Source of the DNA: Minutocellus sp. GHC0000111
Taxonomy: Eukaryota
NCBI GenBank assembly: GCA_977018835.1
Contig: OZ361259.1
Location: forward strand, 2,728,001-2,792,000
Length of the DNA: 64,000 nt
Reading direction: 5' to 3'
The translations under genes were made by a program, and so were the position numbers. The first letter of the stretch is position 1. The number at the start of each line of letters is the position of its first letter. The notes beneath the pieces were generated by a model, which was given only the letters and a program-made list of their open reading frames with translations, searched no databases and had not been told where the DNA came from. Below, piece by piece: positions 31,314-42,819 of the stretch.

Positions 31314-34300
31314 TCATAGAATCCTCCTCTCTCTGCTTGCACATAAGTGCCGTGCCGTACACGCTAAATTGGGCAAAAGACGGAGTACCGGTGCTGCTTT
31401 CCTCTTCTTCATCACTCCTGCTATCTTCATCGCTGTAATCTTCGGCCTCACTGCTATCGCAACTTTCGTCAAGAGATCTTCAGAAGACCAAACAGTGTTC
31501 TTGGATGAGCCATCGGTTTCTTTTCTGCGCCACATTTCTCGAAGCATAACAACAACGCCACCGGACACGTCCGGGATGACATTGTATGCTCCCGGACTAC
31601 TACTTGATGACCCACTAGCTTGTGTGCTACTACTCTTGGTGCTTCCGCTATGGGAGCTGGCGCTGCGTTCGTCAAAAATAGCTGCCCATCGAACTCGACT
31701 TTGCGAAGACTTACTAGCTCCACCACCAAATAGGGCCTCCTTTTTCAGAATTGAATCCTCGTGCTTTCGAAGAATCGATTTGAGGGCAGCAACGGAATCT
31801 ACTTCGTCGTCTTCGACCACCGCATCTTCTCCGCCCTTCTCGATCGACAAGTTAGGCGCGCTCAAGCTTGAAGCCACGCTTTCAGCTGCGCTGCCATTCT
31901 CCAGGTCCACCGGTGGACCGACGAGAATCGACTGCAACGAGAAACTAGTAGAATCGTCCGAGCCCCCCCCGGAGCTTTCTCACATAGGCACCTGTCGTGC
32001 AAACAACGAGTACGAGAATAGCAATGCCGAGAGCGAAGAATCCAATGAGCCCCCGCCAACGTGTCTTTGGGGCGTTGCCATCACCAATAGCACGCACAGG
32101 AATATCCGGCGGCGCCGTTGGTGTAGGGGTCGACGAAGCAGTCTGAAGAGATATAGCTGTATGGATTTTCCTTCTTCGGGAGTGAAGTAATTTGGTTGCG
32201 CTTTCTCCAGATCTTGCACTATTTGATATTCGTTGCCAGAAATGACGTCGCTCACCTTTTTTTCCATTTCAATCTTTGGACCTCGATATCGTCCAGTAAC
32301 GACCGTGTCAAACACGACGGCGCCCTTATTTTCGATGGTGCGTTGACAGCGACTTGTTTCCGATGTGGGGGTCGGGGTTGGGCCAGGCGACGGTGCCTTC
32401 GTTGGACTGCTTTCGTCTAGGCGTCTTGGTCGCGGTGCGTGGTGAGTGTGCATTACTGCTTTTTCACCCGCAAGCTCTGTCTCTCCTGCATCGTCATAAG
32501 TAGAGCTATCGGCAATGTAATATCCCTCACCATCGCCACGTGGACGAACATGCCTTGGTGGGCTAATATCCATTTCTTCATTTCCGCTACTAGAATCTTC
32601 CGCTTTGCCACTGTCATTTTGGTTGAGAAAATGATATTCTGCCTTCATCGAAGACCCAGGTGTAGCACCGTTGGGTACTGTTTTGGAGCTCGGGGTATCG
32701 GGAACGTATTGTTCTCTCGAACGCGGAGGCCTTGACTTCTTCCTTTCGAATGAACTGACAACATCGTCACCGGTCGTTGTCGACAGGGCTAGGGGGGCCG
32801 AACGTCCCGTAACGTCAGCTGTCGAGATTGAAGATGACAAATCTTCCATTTTCTCATCTATGAATTCGGTATCGACAACATCGACGCAAACAGAGAGAAA
32901 GGGCTGCGCTGTACTGGCACCAAGTGCATCGACGAGGTAGTTGGCCACAACGCCTTCAAACGATGACTTCTCTTCTTCTTGCGGAGGACAGTACACTCCT
33001 TCCAGGAGAAATTGAGTTTTAGTAAGACCAACCTGTGGATAGAACTCTGTCATGTCGAACTCGAAATCAAGAAACATTGTTTCGACGAGTGACGACAGAT
33101 CATCCAACAGAATATACTCTATTTTGCACTGAGACATACCCTGATTGAAGGACACTTCGATCGACGTGGTAATAGTCATGCAAGTGGCATAGCCCAACGC
33201 GGATTGGCTGGCCGTACAGGGCTCTGCAGGTAAACAAATTCGATTAGTATCACGAGATTCATAATACGAAGAGATAGAAGACATACTGTGAGTATTGCGG
33301 AGAAATTTGCAATTACTTGTATTGTTTTTGCGCTCCAACATCATTATAATTCAACCCGACAGCACTTACCTGGAATGGCTCGCGGAATAACAGAGATGAT
33401 TCCAACATTGTGCTTCGACAAATCTTTATGCTGCTGAGGTTGTTGGCGAAGATGCGTGTCAAATTGTAATCGCACGTGCTCGAGAACGTCGCTCACATCC
33501 AATCGCCTCGCTCGTCCGTTCGTTTCGTTCAGGCCAATACTCATGTTGGCGACAATGCTCATTTCATCCTGTGATGTGGGGCGCGAAGTAGTTGGGTACC
33601 ACGTTGGACTGCTTGTTGGATATATCGACGGTTCATCGGGTGCTTTCTGAGATGGTTGCATTGATGGCATTCTAGTTGTAGGCTGTGTGGAAGGAATCTT
33701 CGAAGGAGAGGCTGTTGGGGAGGAGGACGGGCTTTCTGATGACTGCGATGGTACCAAAGATGGAGTCTGCGAATGCTCATTGGAAAGTCCTGCCGAGGCA
33801 GTTATCTGAGGAGCCAAAGAGGCCATCTTGCTTGGGCTTGCAGATGGGGCACTAGTTCAATATGCTGAACTTGCCAAGATGCCAGTTGGACGGGCAGTAG
33901 TCGGCGCAGCAGTTGATGGTGACGTAGTACTCAGTGCGGCATTCATCAGCAGAGCTGTCGTAGGCCTTGCTGTTGCGGACTGCGTAACATCACTCTCAAC
34001 GGACGGTACCTCTGACGACACCAACGTAGGCTGCATCGTTGACTCTTTAGTAGTTGGCACTGTGCTGGGTAATAGAGTAGGTCTGCCGGTGGGGTCCTGG
34101 CTTGGTGAAGAGGAAGGAACATCGCTCGGCTCGCCCGATGTTGTCAAGGTTGGTCCGCCGATGGGCTCCTGGCTCGGTAGAAGCGAGGGCGTGTCGCTCG
34201 GTCTTGCCGATGGAATCAACGTCGGTCCGCCGGTGGGCTCCTGACTTGGCAGAGACGAAGGAACATCGCTGGGCTCATCTGACAGAGTCAAGGTTGGTCC

Positions 34301-37300
34301 GCCGGTGGGCTCCTGACTCGGTGACGAGGATGGAATGTCGCTCGGCCGACTTGATGGCATCGGTGTTGGACCTCCGGTGGGCTCCTGGCTCGGTACCAAC
34401 GATGGCATATCACTCGGTCTCGCCGACGGACTCACCGTCGGTCCCCCGGTGGGATCCTGACTCGGCAACAAAGAGGGGACGCCACTCGGCATACTCGATG
34501 GAGCCGAGGTCGGTCCAATTGTTGGCGATCGCGATGGGCCCAGAGAAGGTAGACCTGTCGGTGATGCTGTCTCAAGGAGAGACGCTGCGCTCTCTTTAAC
34601 GAGAGCCGCTGCCGCCGAAGGAGTTGCAGATTTCACTTTCGACGGACTGCTACTGGGACGGATCGAAGGTACCGGCGTCGGACCTCCCGTTGGTCCATCG
34701 CTCGGCAGCATACTTGGCGATCCAGATGGCTCGTCAGAGGGGATGCCGCTAGGAAGCACAGAAGGAACATCGCTTGGCTCCAACGATGGTGTAGATGAAG
34801 GATGCTTCGTTGGACCACCTGTCGGCGCACTCGACGGGCGAGCGCTCAGAATTACCGATGGTATGTCGCTTGGCCTATCAGAGGGTTCCAGACTCGGCTC
34901 CGGCGAAGGTATACCGCTTGGAGCGCTCGATGGAGACGGCGTCGGTCCGTCTGTCGGCGTACTAGATGGACTAGAACTAGGCGATGCCGATGGTCGATCG
35001 CTTGGCCCATTAGACGGACGCCCACTTGGCTCCAACGAAGGTATACCGCTTGGTGCGCTCGATGGAGACGGCGTCGGTCCGTCTGTCGGCGTACTCGACG
35101 GGCTATCGCTGGGAGATACCGATGGTGCATCGCTTGGTACACTGGATGGACGCCCACTTGGCTCTAACGAAGGTATACCGCTTGGTACGCTCGACGGAGA
35201 CGGCGTTGGACCATCTGTTGGCACCGTTGAAGGCGAATCCGATGGCTGAGTAGAGGGCGTATTGCTAGGGGCAATGGATGGCGATACCGATGGTATGGCG
35301 GTCGGGCCAACTGTCGGTGTCACTGAGGGTTCCGACGAGGGAATACTACTTGGTTGTGAGCTTGGAGAATTGCTTGGACGATCGGATGGCACCAAGCTTG
35401 GTACGTCCAATGCTAGCAGTGTTGGCGCCGTAGATGGAAGCAGACTTGGACCGTCCGAGTGAACAAGCGTCGGCCCATTGCTGGGCATGTCGGTCGGCAT
35501 CTGCGATGGACCCATCGATGGCCCAGAACTTGGACTTTCAGTAGGATCCACTGACGGCATCGTCGACGGATGCAAAGTTGGACCACTCGTGGGAGACCAC
35601 GATGGCTCGACAGACGGGTTAGCGCTCGGAAACGATGACGGGGATGGCGAAGGCTCTCTACTAGGCTCCAAACTTGATTGAGAGGAGGGAGCGGCCGTGG
35701 GAAAACTCGTCGAAGAACGTGAAGGTTCCACAGAAGGACTAGAACTAGGCTGCAGCGAAGGTGAACCGCTCGGGTCAACCGACGGGTGACAACTAGGTTC
35801 AGATGAAGGTAAGGAGCTAGGCTGCACCGTCGGTCCCAGACTAGGTCCTACCGATGGCATCGACGACGGAGACAAGCTAGGCTCGCTACTAGGCTCCGAT
35901 GAAGGAGACGAGCTAGGCTCACTACTCGGTACCGACGACGGCACATCGCTTGGCTGCACCGTCGGTCCCAGACTAGGTCCTACCGATGGCATCGACGACG
36001 GAGACGAGCTAGGCTCGCTACTAGGCTCCGATGAAGGAGACGAGCTGGGCTTGCTCGAAGGCTCACTACTCGGCATGTCGCTTGGCTGCACCGTCGGTCC
36101 CAGACTAGGTCCTACCGATGGCATCGACGACGGAGACGAGCTAGGCTCGCTACTAGGCTCCGATGAAGGAGACGAGCTGGGCTTGCTCGAAGGCTCACTA
36201 CTCGGCATGTCGCTTGGCTGCACCGTCGGTCCCAGACTAGGTCCTACCGATGGCATCGACGACGGAGACGAGCTGGGCTCGCTACTAGGCTCCGATGAAG
36301 GAGACGAGCTGGGCTTGCTCGAAGGCTCACTACTCGGCATATCGCTTGGCTGCACCGTCGGTCCCAGACTAGGTCCTACCGATGGCATCGACGATGGATC
36401 ATGCGTTGGCGAGGTACTGGGCTCACTGCTCGGCTCAGACGATGGGTTACTTGACGGGGAGCTAGATGGCGGCAAGGACGGTATAGCGCTCGGCAGGTCG
36501 CTTGGTATTCGGCTTGGTGTCGATGTTGGGATGTAAGACGGTGTTACGGTTGGGTTTTGACTAGGGTGGTTTGAAGGTGTAGAGGTTGTCTGTGTTGTTG
36601 TGTCTGTGTTTTGGTCGTACAGGAACAGAAAAGGCTCTTTCTTGTCATCATCAGTGTCTTCCTGAAGAATCTGTGTCGGATCATTTGTCCATTTAGATCC
36701 GTCCCAAACCGTGCAAGACAAAGTCTTTGAGTGGTCTTCGACCATTAGCATTACTTCATTTGATGAAGGGTCCGGTGTTAAACGAAGTGAAACAGCATCT
36801 TGATCTTGTGTACCGATTGAAATAGTTCCTTCACTGCTCCAAGATGATGTCTGAAGGTCGAATGTTTTGTATAGAACGTGTCCAGTATTGCTGCTGTCGC
36901 TATAAACGACCAATGCTTTTTGAGAGAAACTCTCAAATGCGACAGAAAACTGGGGACGATTGTCGTACTTGGCGTCGATAGTGTGGAGCTCAACATTTTC
37001 CCATTGGTCACCGGAGTCGGCATCCCAAATGGCAGTCCAAATCTTTTTATCGTCAGTCAGAACGCCCACGATGATCCGATTGCTTCTAGGATCCGATGCA
37101 ATCCTCGTCCAACGCACAGCGCTCGCCGTTGCGTCAAATGTGGCACTTGTCGGAGGGGCTCGCGTCATGGCCACGCTTTCATTGCCCCATCGATTGGTGG
37201 ACAAAGTGCCATCGAATGACGCATATCGGAGTAGGTGAGCATTTACTACCCCATTCGAGTCCTGCGACTTGTCCCCAAAAACGACAAAAGCTTCGCCACT

Positions 37301-40300
37301 CTGTGCCATATAGGCAACATTGACATCCGTAAAAAAATTAGAATCATCACCACTGCCGTCGGCTAGCAGTTTTGCATCGGCCCAGGTAGAACCCGACCAA
37401 ACCACGGCAAATTTTTGATTGTTCTCATTTGACGCAATGAGCACAATTTCATCATTCTTGGGGTTTGATGCCATTCGAACCTGCTTGATCTTTGCTGCAT
37501 CTAACGAGATGAGCGACGCGCCATTTTCCCGAGGTGGCACATCCGACGGCATTGTCCAAATATTATCACTCTGGCCCGTTCCCTGGATAAAAGATATTCC
37601 CGAGCTTTCCCCAGAAGTGGAAGCTTCGATTCCATTGGACCAAGCGATGACTGGCCGACCACTTTGACTCTCATATTTCACATCGATGGACCAATAGTCG
37701 GTGGATTTTAGCTGGTTGTTCAACAGTGTCGTGGTTTCAGAAGAAGATGGGCCAGTCGGCACAGATATGTCAACCCAGAATGAAGTGTCTGGGTCTATCA
37801 AGACCTTTCCTCGTATCTCCTTGTCCCCATCCTTGGCGATTCCAACGATGACTGTTTCGTCACGGATGGGGCTTTTGGCACCCTGGATGATCTTCCATTG
37901 CCCCACGCCAGGACTTTCCCGAACAAGACCAGTTTGGTTAACATCAAGTGCATCTGTTGTTGTATCGTACTCCATGTAGTTTGGGTAAAAGATATCCTTG
38001 TGTGTCCAAAACGCGTTGCCGCCTCCAGATCCAGCACCTCCCCAAAGAAACAACATGGGCTCATTCCTTTTCTCAGCATCCGAGTCAGTGTCGAGCTTGT
38101 GCGGGTCATCAAAATAATTCACCTGAGGATATGGTAAATAAGTCAGTACGATTGTTGAGACAGCATGTGAGAATCGCGTCGTGTGATGTGAAGTGAAATG
38201 AGATCTAGCAAGCTAGTAGACAGCCAGCTCGAATGACTCTAGTCTCTTTTCATCGCCAACCATACAACATATATGAGCTGAATGCTCAGAATTTTACTTA
38301 CGGATAACTGCCCATCATATCGCACGAAATATATATCATTGTCATCATCTTGTACCATTAGAGCCATATCTTTTGTTGCCGTGTCTGAAGATAATCGGAG
38401 TGTATTTGGTACATTGTCAAGCAGCGGGCCTTTACAACCACCAGGATCTGTCATCGGGCAGTCAGTCGATTGACCATAGAAATCTGTGCTATTTGTGATC
38501 ACTGTTCCATCGAATCCAAGTCTCCTGAAGTAGATGTTAGCGAGGTTGGCACGGCTGAATACAACCAAGGCCTGGGCCCCTACAGGTGTATTGAATAGAA
38601 ACGATGCTTTTTCATAGGCAATTGACAGAGCAAGGTGATCGCCACCAACGAGATCGGTCGCGTGGAGAATCTTGTTATCGAAGTCCGGGGAAGCCCACCG
38701 AACAGTCCAACCGTATGTACCACAGGTGACTCCGATGAGGATATTGGATTTTTCTGGTTCTGCTGCAACGTCAGTGAAAGCGATGTTGCAGTTGGTGACA
38801 TTAGTAGGGGGAACGATAGTACCAATACCATTAGTCCAGGAACTCGATTCCCGGCTCTGCCAAGAACCAGATCGCCACACGACGTACTGTAAACTTGAAG
38901 AAGCCGAGGCAAAAACAACGATGCCATCATGCGTCGAAGACTCCTCGTAAATTACGTTGACATCGGTATGAGAGTCTTGACTGGCTGCACCGTGCAAAAG
39001 GATGCCGTCACCCCAAGATCCCGCGACACCACTCGATGAGCCACTCCACACCATTGCGAACTCTTCGTTGTTTTCGGTCGACGCTACGAGGATCATCTCG
39101 TTGGTGCTTGGATTGGCAGCAAGGACAAGATAGTAGATCTATGACGAGGCAAGGAGCACAAGAGGAAGAAGGGGAAAGGGAAATGGAGACCACAGTATCG
39201 TATCATGAGGTGGAGTATATACAACATAGTGCGCGCAGGAGGTAACAAATTTCAGGTCATGGTAAGATATGGAGCACAAGTCTACATGCATGGAGGTACA
39301 GAAACCTCACCTTCTTGGTTATGGCAAGACCCAAAGACGGCACATCCATAGGCTCCGACCAGAGACCAGACTCCGATTGTTTGATCGAATAAGCCATTCC
39401 CGATTCTGTTCCTGTAGGATCTTGGCCCCTGCAGAGTGAGTATGGGGGCGAGAACGAAGCAAAACATAACAACACACACATGGATGTGTAATGTAGATAA
39501 TCTAGTTAGAAACTTTTCCCTTCGCCAGCATGGCAACAAAGCTACACAAACAACAAGAGGAAAGCAATACTTACGTGGACCAGACCAGTAGAGCATCCAG
39601 ACTATTTGACTCGTATTGCACATCGACTGCGGCGTACTGATTAGTACCGAGAGTCGCCAGGACTCCAGTTTTTCCTGTGCCTGTGCCCGGTACGATCTGC
39701 TCCCACGCAGTGGCACCGCCAGCGCTCTCTTGAAATTACATCCCCCGCACCCACTTTTCGTCCTTTGAAATCCCGACGATTATGGTCTCGGACCCGTCGG
39801 CTTTCGTCGCCGTCGCACCTCGGATGTGACGCCACTGCCCAACCTGGTCCGAGCTACTGTCGGTGGTTCTATGAGCAGTAAACGTGTGGTTATCGTACGA
39901 GTAGATCAGGGGGTCGTAAATGTCCTTGTGCGCCCAGACTGCGACATTGTGTCGATCAGAGGAGGTGGCAAGATGGCGGTTAGTGGTATCAGGCAAAGTT
40001 GTCGCGGTAGGGCCTAGTGCTGGGGCTTCTGAGGCATCGGAAGTCGAAGCGACCTTTCCAATGTAGTGCCGGTAGTCTTGGACGTCCTCGTCCTCGTCGT
40101 CGGCTGCGTCGGTGGCGGCAGCGGCCTCTCTGCCGATGTTGTCTTCATGCGCCTCGTCACGGTCATCCTGCGAAATGTGGTGGTAGTACCCTCGATAGCC
40201 GATAGACTTATCGGCATCACTGACGGTATTGTACGGCCAAGGGATCGACTTCCCGAAGGAGAAGAACGATCGTCTCCATCCAAGAGAAGAGTTGGTGGCT

Positions 40301-40425
40301 TGCGTTTGTGTCCGGCGGGGAGGGGGCTGGTCGAGGGACGAAGGAGGCGACAGCAAAACGAAGAGCGCCATCGTCGTGACGATGACGGCGGGCAGGACTA
40401 GCACAACAGCCAGGATAGCCCTCAT
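31314..40425 (-). CDS. Giant multi-exon cell-surface protein: duplicated beta-rich domain, Pro/Ser/Thr stalk, TM helix and tail; contains an in-frame stop and frameshifts
   Basis: Co-oriented ORFs 39736-40425, 38239-39096, 33857-38122, 33344-33826, 31980-33344 and 31314-31937. Clear introns at 38301-38123 and 33369-33224. TM helix LIGFFALGIAILVLVVCTTGAYV lies in a shifted frame at ~31980-32050. Exons between 39100 and 39750 are not resolved. Confidence 0.65.
34080..35215 (-). repeat. Degenerate coding tandem repeats (~72-bp units at 34080-34460; 132-bp units at 34904-35215)
   Basis: ccggtgggctcctg-like motif about every 72 bp; cgaaggtataccgcttgg at 34904, 35036 and 35168. Confidence 0.8.
35820..36395 (-). 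repeat. Near-perfect 132-bp coding tandem repeat (~4.3 copies; 11 P-x-x-x tetrapeptides per unit)
   Basis: gtcggtcccagactaggtcc recurs every 132 bp (~35829, 35961, 36093, 36225, 36357). Confidence 0.9.
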
Positions 40426-40867
40426 CTTCAGGTGTCAGCGGCAATCAAGGATCTCTCTACTAGCTGGCTAGCCCATTCATCTATCCGGATCACCTTCATG
40501 TCTCATTGGAAATACGATATTGGCTAAAATGTGGGAAAGCAAAAGGCAAAAGCCGAAGCCGGATTTGTGACGGAAAGTCAAGAAGATGCCCTTCCAGGCA
40601 TACTGAAATCAAAATTAAAGGGTTCGGTTGAAGTCAGAAATTCAACCCCAATTTGTTATCGTTGCGGTTATTTTAATTTTTCAGCAGTTTTCACTCGGGA
40701 CAGATGCATACCGGTCATACACATTTCTTTTTGACGTTATAAAATTAGGAGATCCTATGATAGGCACGTGCTGGGCGCGAACAATACCTACATGTAAACT
40801 CTAGCTAGTAGATCTAGCTACGCAGATTAGTTTGAATGAGTTAGCTAGACCTAGTAGTCGATTTCCT

Positions 40868-41773
40868 CTAAGTCCGATAAGATGCCGTGTCAATGTTGTC
40901 CATTATCGGCTTCTCGGCCATCCAGACGTTCATTGCGTATTTTTTCACATCCCCTTCGTTATTTGGTGGTATCGCCTCATGCAAGGCATCGTTCAATACA
41001 TTGCCATCTTTATCGACATTCGACCAGATGATTCCATCACCCTCACGAGGTAGTAGTGCGATATCGAGCTCGTTGAATTTGGTGTATCCTCCCCCATCCT
41101 CCTTGGGCATACTTGAAAGATAGAGCAAGAAAGTTGTCGGCCGTTGTTCCGAATTGGCCCCATAATACGATCCATGGTCATGATGCTGCTTGTACATTTG
41201 CCCCGGTTCGTAGCGGATGATCTGGAGAGGTTCAATCTTTGCAACATCCACCTCGAGCATGTCCGACACCCTCTGCATTATCTTCCAAGCAAACATTATC
41301 TCTCCCTCCAACTCACTAGTGAGCCTTCCAGATTCACGAAGCGCTTCTAACCGAGGGAGATAGACGATGGGCCATATCAGCGGACAGCTACTGCTCGTTC
41401 GAGAGGCTCGGGTGGCACTGCCATCGCCATCGACTGTCTGGCGCGATGCGGTCCAGCCACTCCGACCATCACAATATCCAATAGCTTCTGCCACTTCGTA
41501 AAGAAAGTCTTGCACATATCTCAGTTGCACTGATTCGCCGCCAGGTATTTCTGCCATCGACACACCGTCAACGTTTGGTGCTGCTTTGAAACTATCTCCA
41601 GGTAAATTTTGCATTTCTCCATTCGCAAGGAACGTTGGTCTTCCAATGTCTCTTGTTGCCGAGCATGATTCTTCGCCTCTTGCGACGGAGGTTGCAGAGA
41701 GAGAAAGAATGAGAGCAAGCAACAATCGTAATCGCGAGGCTCTTCTTATTCTGAATGAAACCATGCTGTCCAT
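40868..41773 (-). CDS. Secretory-pathway prolyl 4-hydroxylase (2OG-Fe(II) dioxygenase)
   Basis: Signal peptide; RTSSS, EPLQIIRYEPGQMYKQHHD, TFLLYLS, GGYTKF, LHEAIP and KYAMNVW. Confidence 0.88.
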   Translation of the reverse strand: MDSMVSFRIRRASRLRLLLALILSLSATSVARGEESCSATRDIGRPTFLANGEMQNLPGDSFKAAPNVDGVSMAEIPGGESVQLRYVQDFLYEVAEAIGYCDGRSGWTASRQTVDGDGSATRASRTSSSCPLIWPIVYLPRLEALRESGRLTSELEGEIMFAWKIMQRVSDMLEVDVAKIEPLQIIRYEPGQMYKQHHDHGSYYGANSEQRPTTFLLYLSSMPKEDGGGYTKFNELDIALLPREGDGIIWSNVDKDGNVLNDALHEAIPPNNEGDVKKYAMNVWMAEKPIMDNIDTASYRT

Positions 41774-42087
41774 TACAATATTGGTATTGGAACGCTAAGG
41801 CTGAACGAAAGGCACAGGATATGATTATCTGATTGCTGGTGGTACTACTGTACCGCTTCAACAATTCAAGATTACGATTGATCCAACATCAACACTTCAA
41901 CGCTTCAACTTGCTGCTTGAGTGGCGCATTTTTCTGTACGTATGTAGGCCTACGCACTACGCACCGGCTCAATGAAGGCGAGCATGCGAGCATGGAGCGG
42001 CCGGCCGGCCTGTGGTACATTGTAGAGATAGCCCACCAGTAGATCTACCTGGTACAGATCCCACTTTCGCTCATCCATCCTTTCGAT

Positions 42088-42726
42088 ATGAACGTCTTTG
42101 TCCCGGCAGCGTTGGGGGCAGCTGCGATTTCAGTCCTCGCAAACTTCTTGGTTCCGCCCATCATGGTCGCAATGAATTCGCCGCAACCGCCATCCTCCAA
42201 CATAATCCACTGTGAGGGATACTATCCACCCACCGAGGATTGTCTTCCTCTTGGTGCTACTCGGCCTGCGTGGTTTAAGAAGAAACGCTCAAATGCGGCC
42301 TGTCCTCAGTGGCAAATTGACCGGCAATGGGGTGAGAGGGGGGTGTTTTCAGCGAAACTAAAAGATATTGAAGCGTTAGCGAAAGAATATGAACAATTAT
42401 TGGCCGAAATAGAGCCCGACGACATTGCAAAGCTTGGAGGACAGGACGCACTAAAACCGCAGGTTTGGATAAGAAGAGAGCGTGGAGTGGCTTGGTCACG
42501 AATGCAGGATGGAATCATCGCTGGCAATTCGGAATATCATTCTGATGCATCAACTATTGAAGGTGATGATGGTCACAAGTGCTGGACTGATGCGTTGCTG
42601 CCTCTTTATGTAGAAGAGTTTGGAGTTAAGCCGTCAGAAGCTTTTATTGATTTTGTTTCTAACTTTGACGTGGAGAGCTTCAGAAAACAAACTGCAACTT
42701 TGCAGCGGAAGATGGCTGAGCAATAA
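42088..42726 (+). CDS. Hypothetical protein with an N-terminal hydrophobic segment
   Basis: 212-aa ATG-initiated ORF with no recognised family. Confidence 0.55.
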   Translation: MNVFVPAALGAAAISVLANFLVPPIMVAMNSPQPPSSNIIHCEGYYPPTEDCLPLGATRPAWFKKKRSNAACPQWQIDRQWGERGVFSAKLKDIEALAKEYEQLLAEIEPDDIAKLGGQDALKPQVWIRRERGVAWSRMQDGIIAGNSEYHSDASTIEGDDGHKCWTDALLPLYVEEFGVKPSEAFIDFVSNFDVESFRKQTATLQRKMAEQ

Positions 42727-42819
42727 AGTAGAAAAAGCAAAATATACAAAACAACATGTCGATTCGCGGTACCCACTTGTAGAGATGCGAAATTCGATGT
42801 TATCATAAAAGCCATAGAA

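Noticed and set aside
33857..33859. Selenocysteine reading of the in-frame TGA
   Set aside because: It lies in a low-complexity Ser/Pro stalk with no redox motif, and I recognised no SECIS element.
35820..36395. Regularly spaced repeats resembling a CRISPR array
   Set aside because: These are in-frame 132-bp coding repeats with no unique spacers, in a eukaryotic gene with no cas genes nearby.
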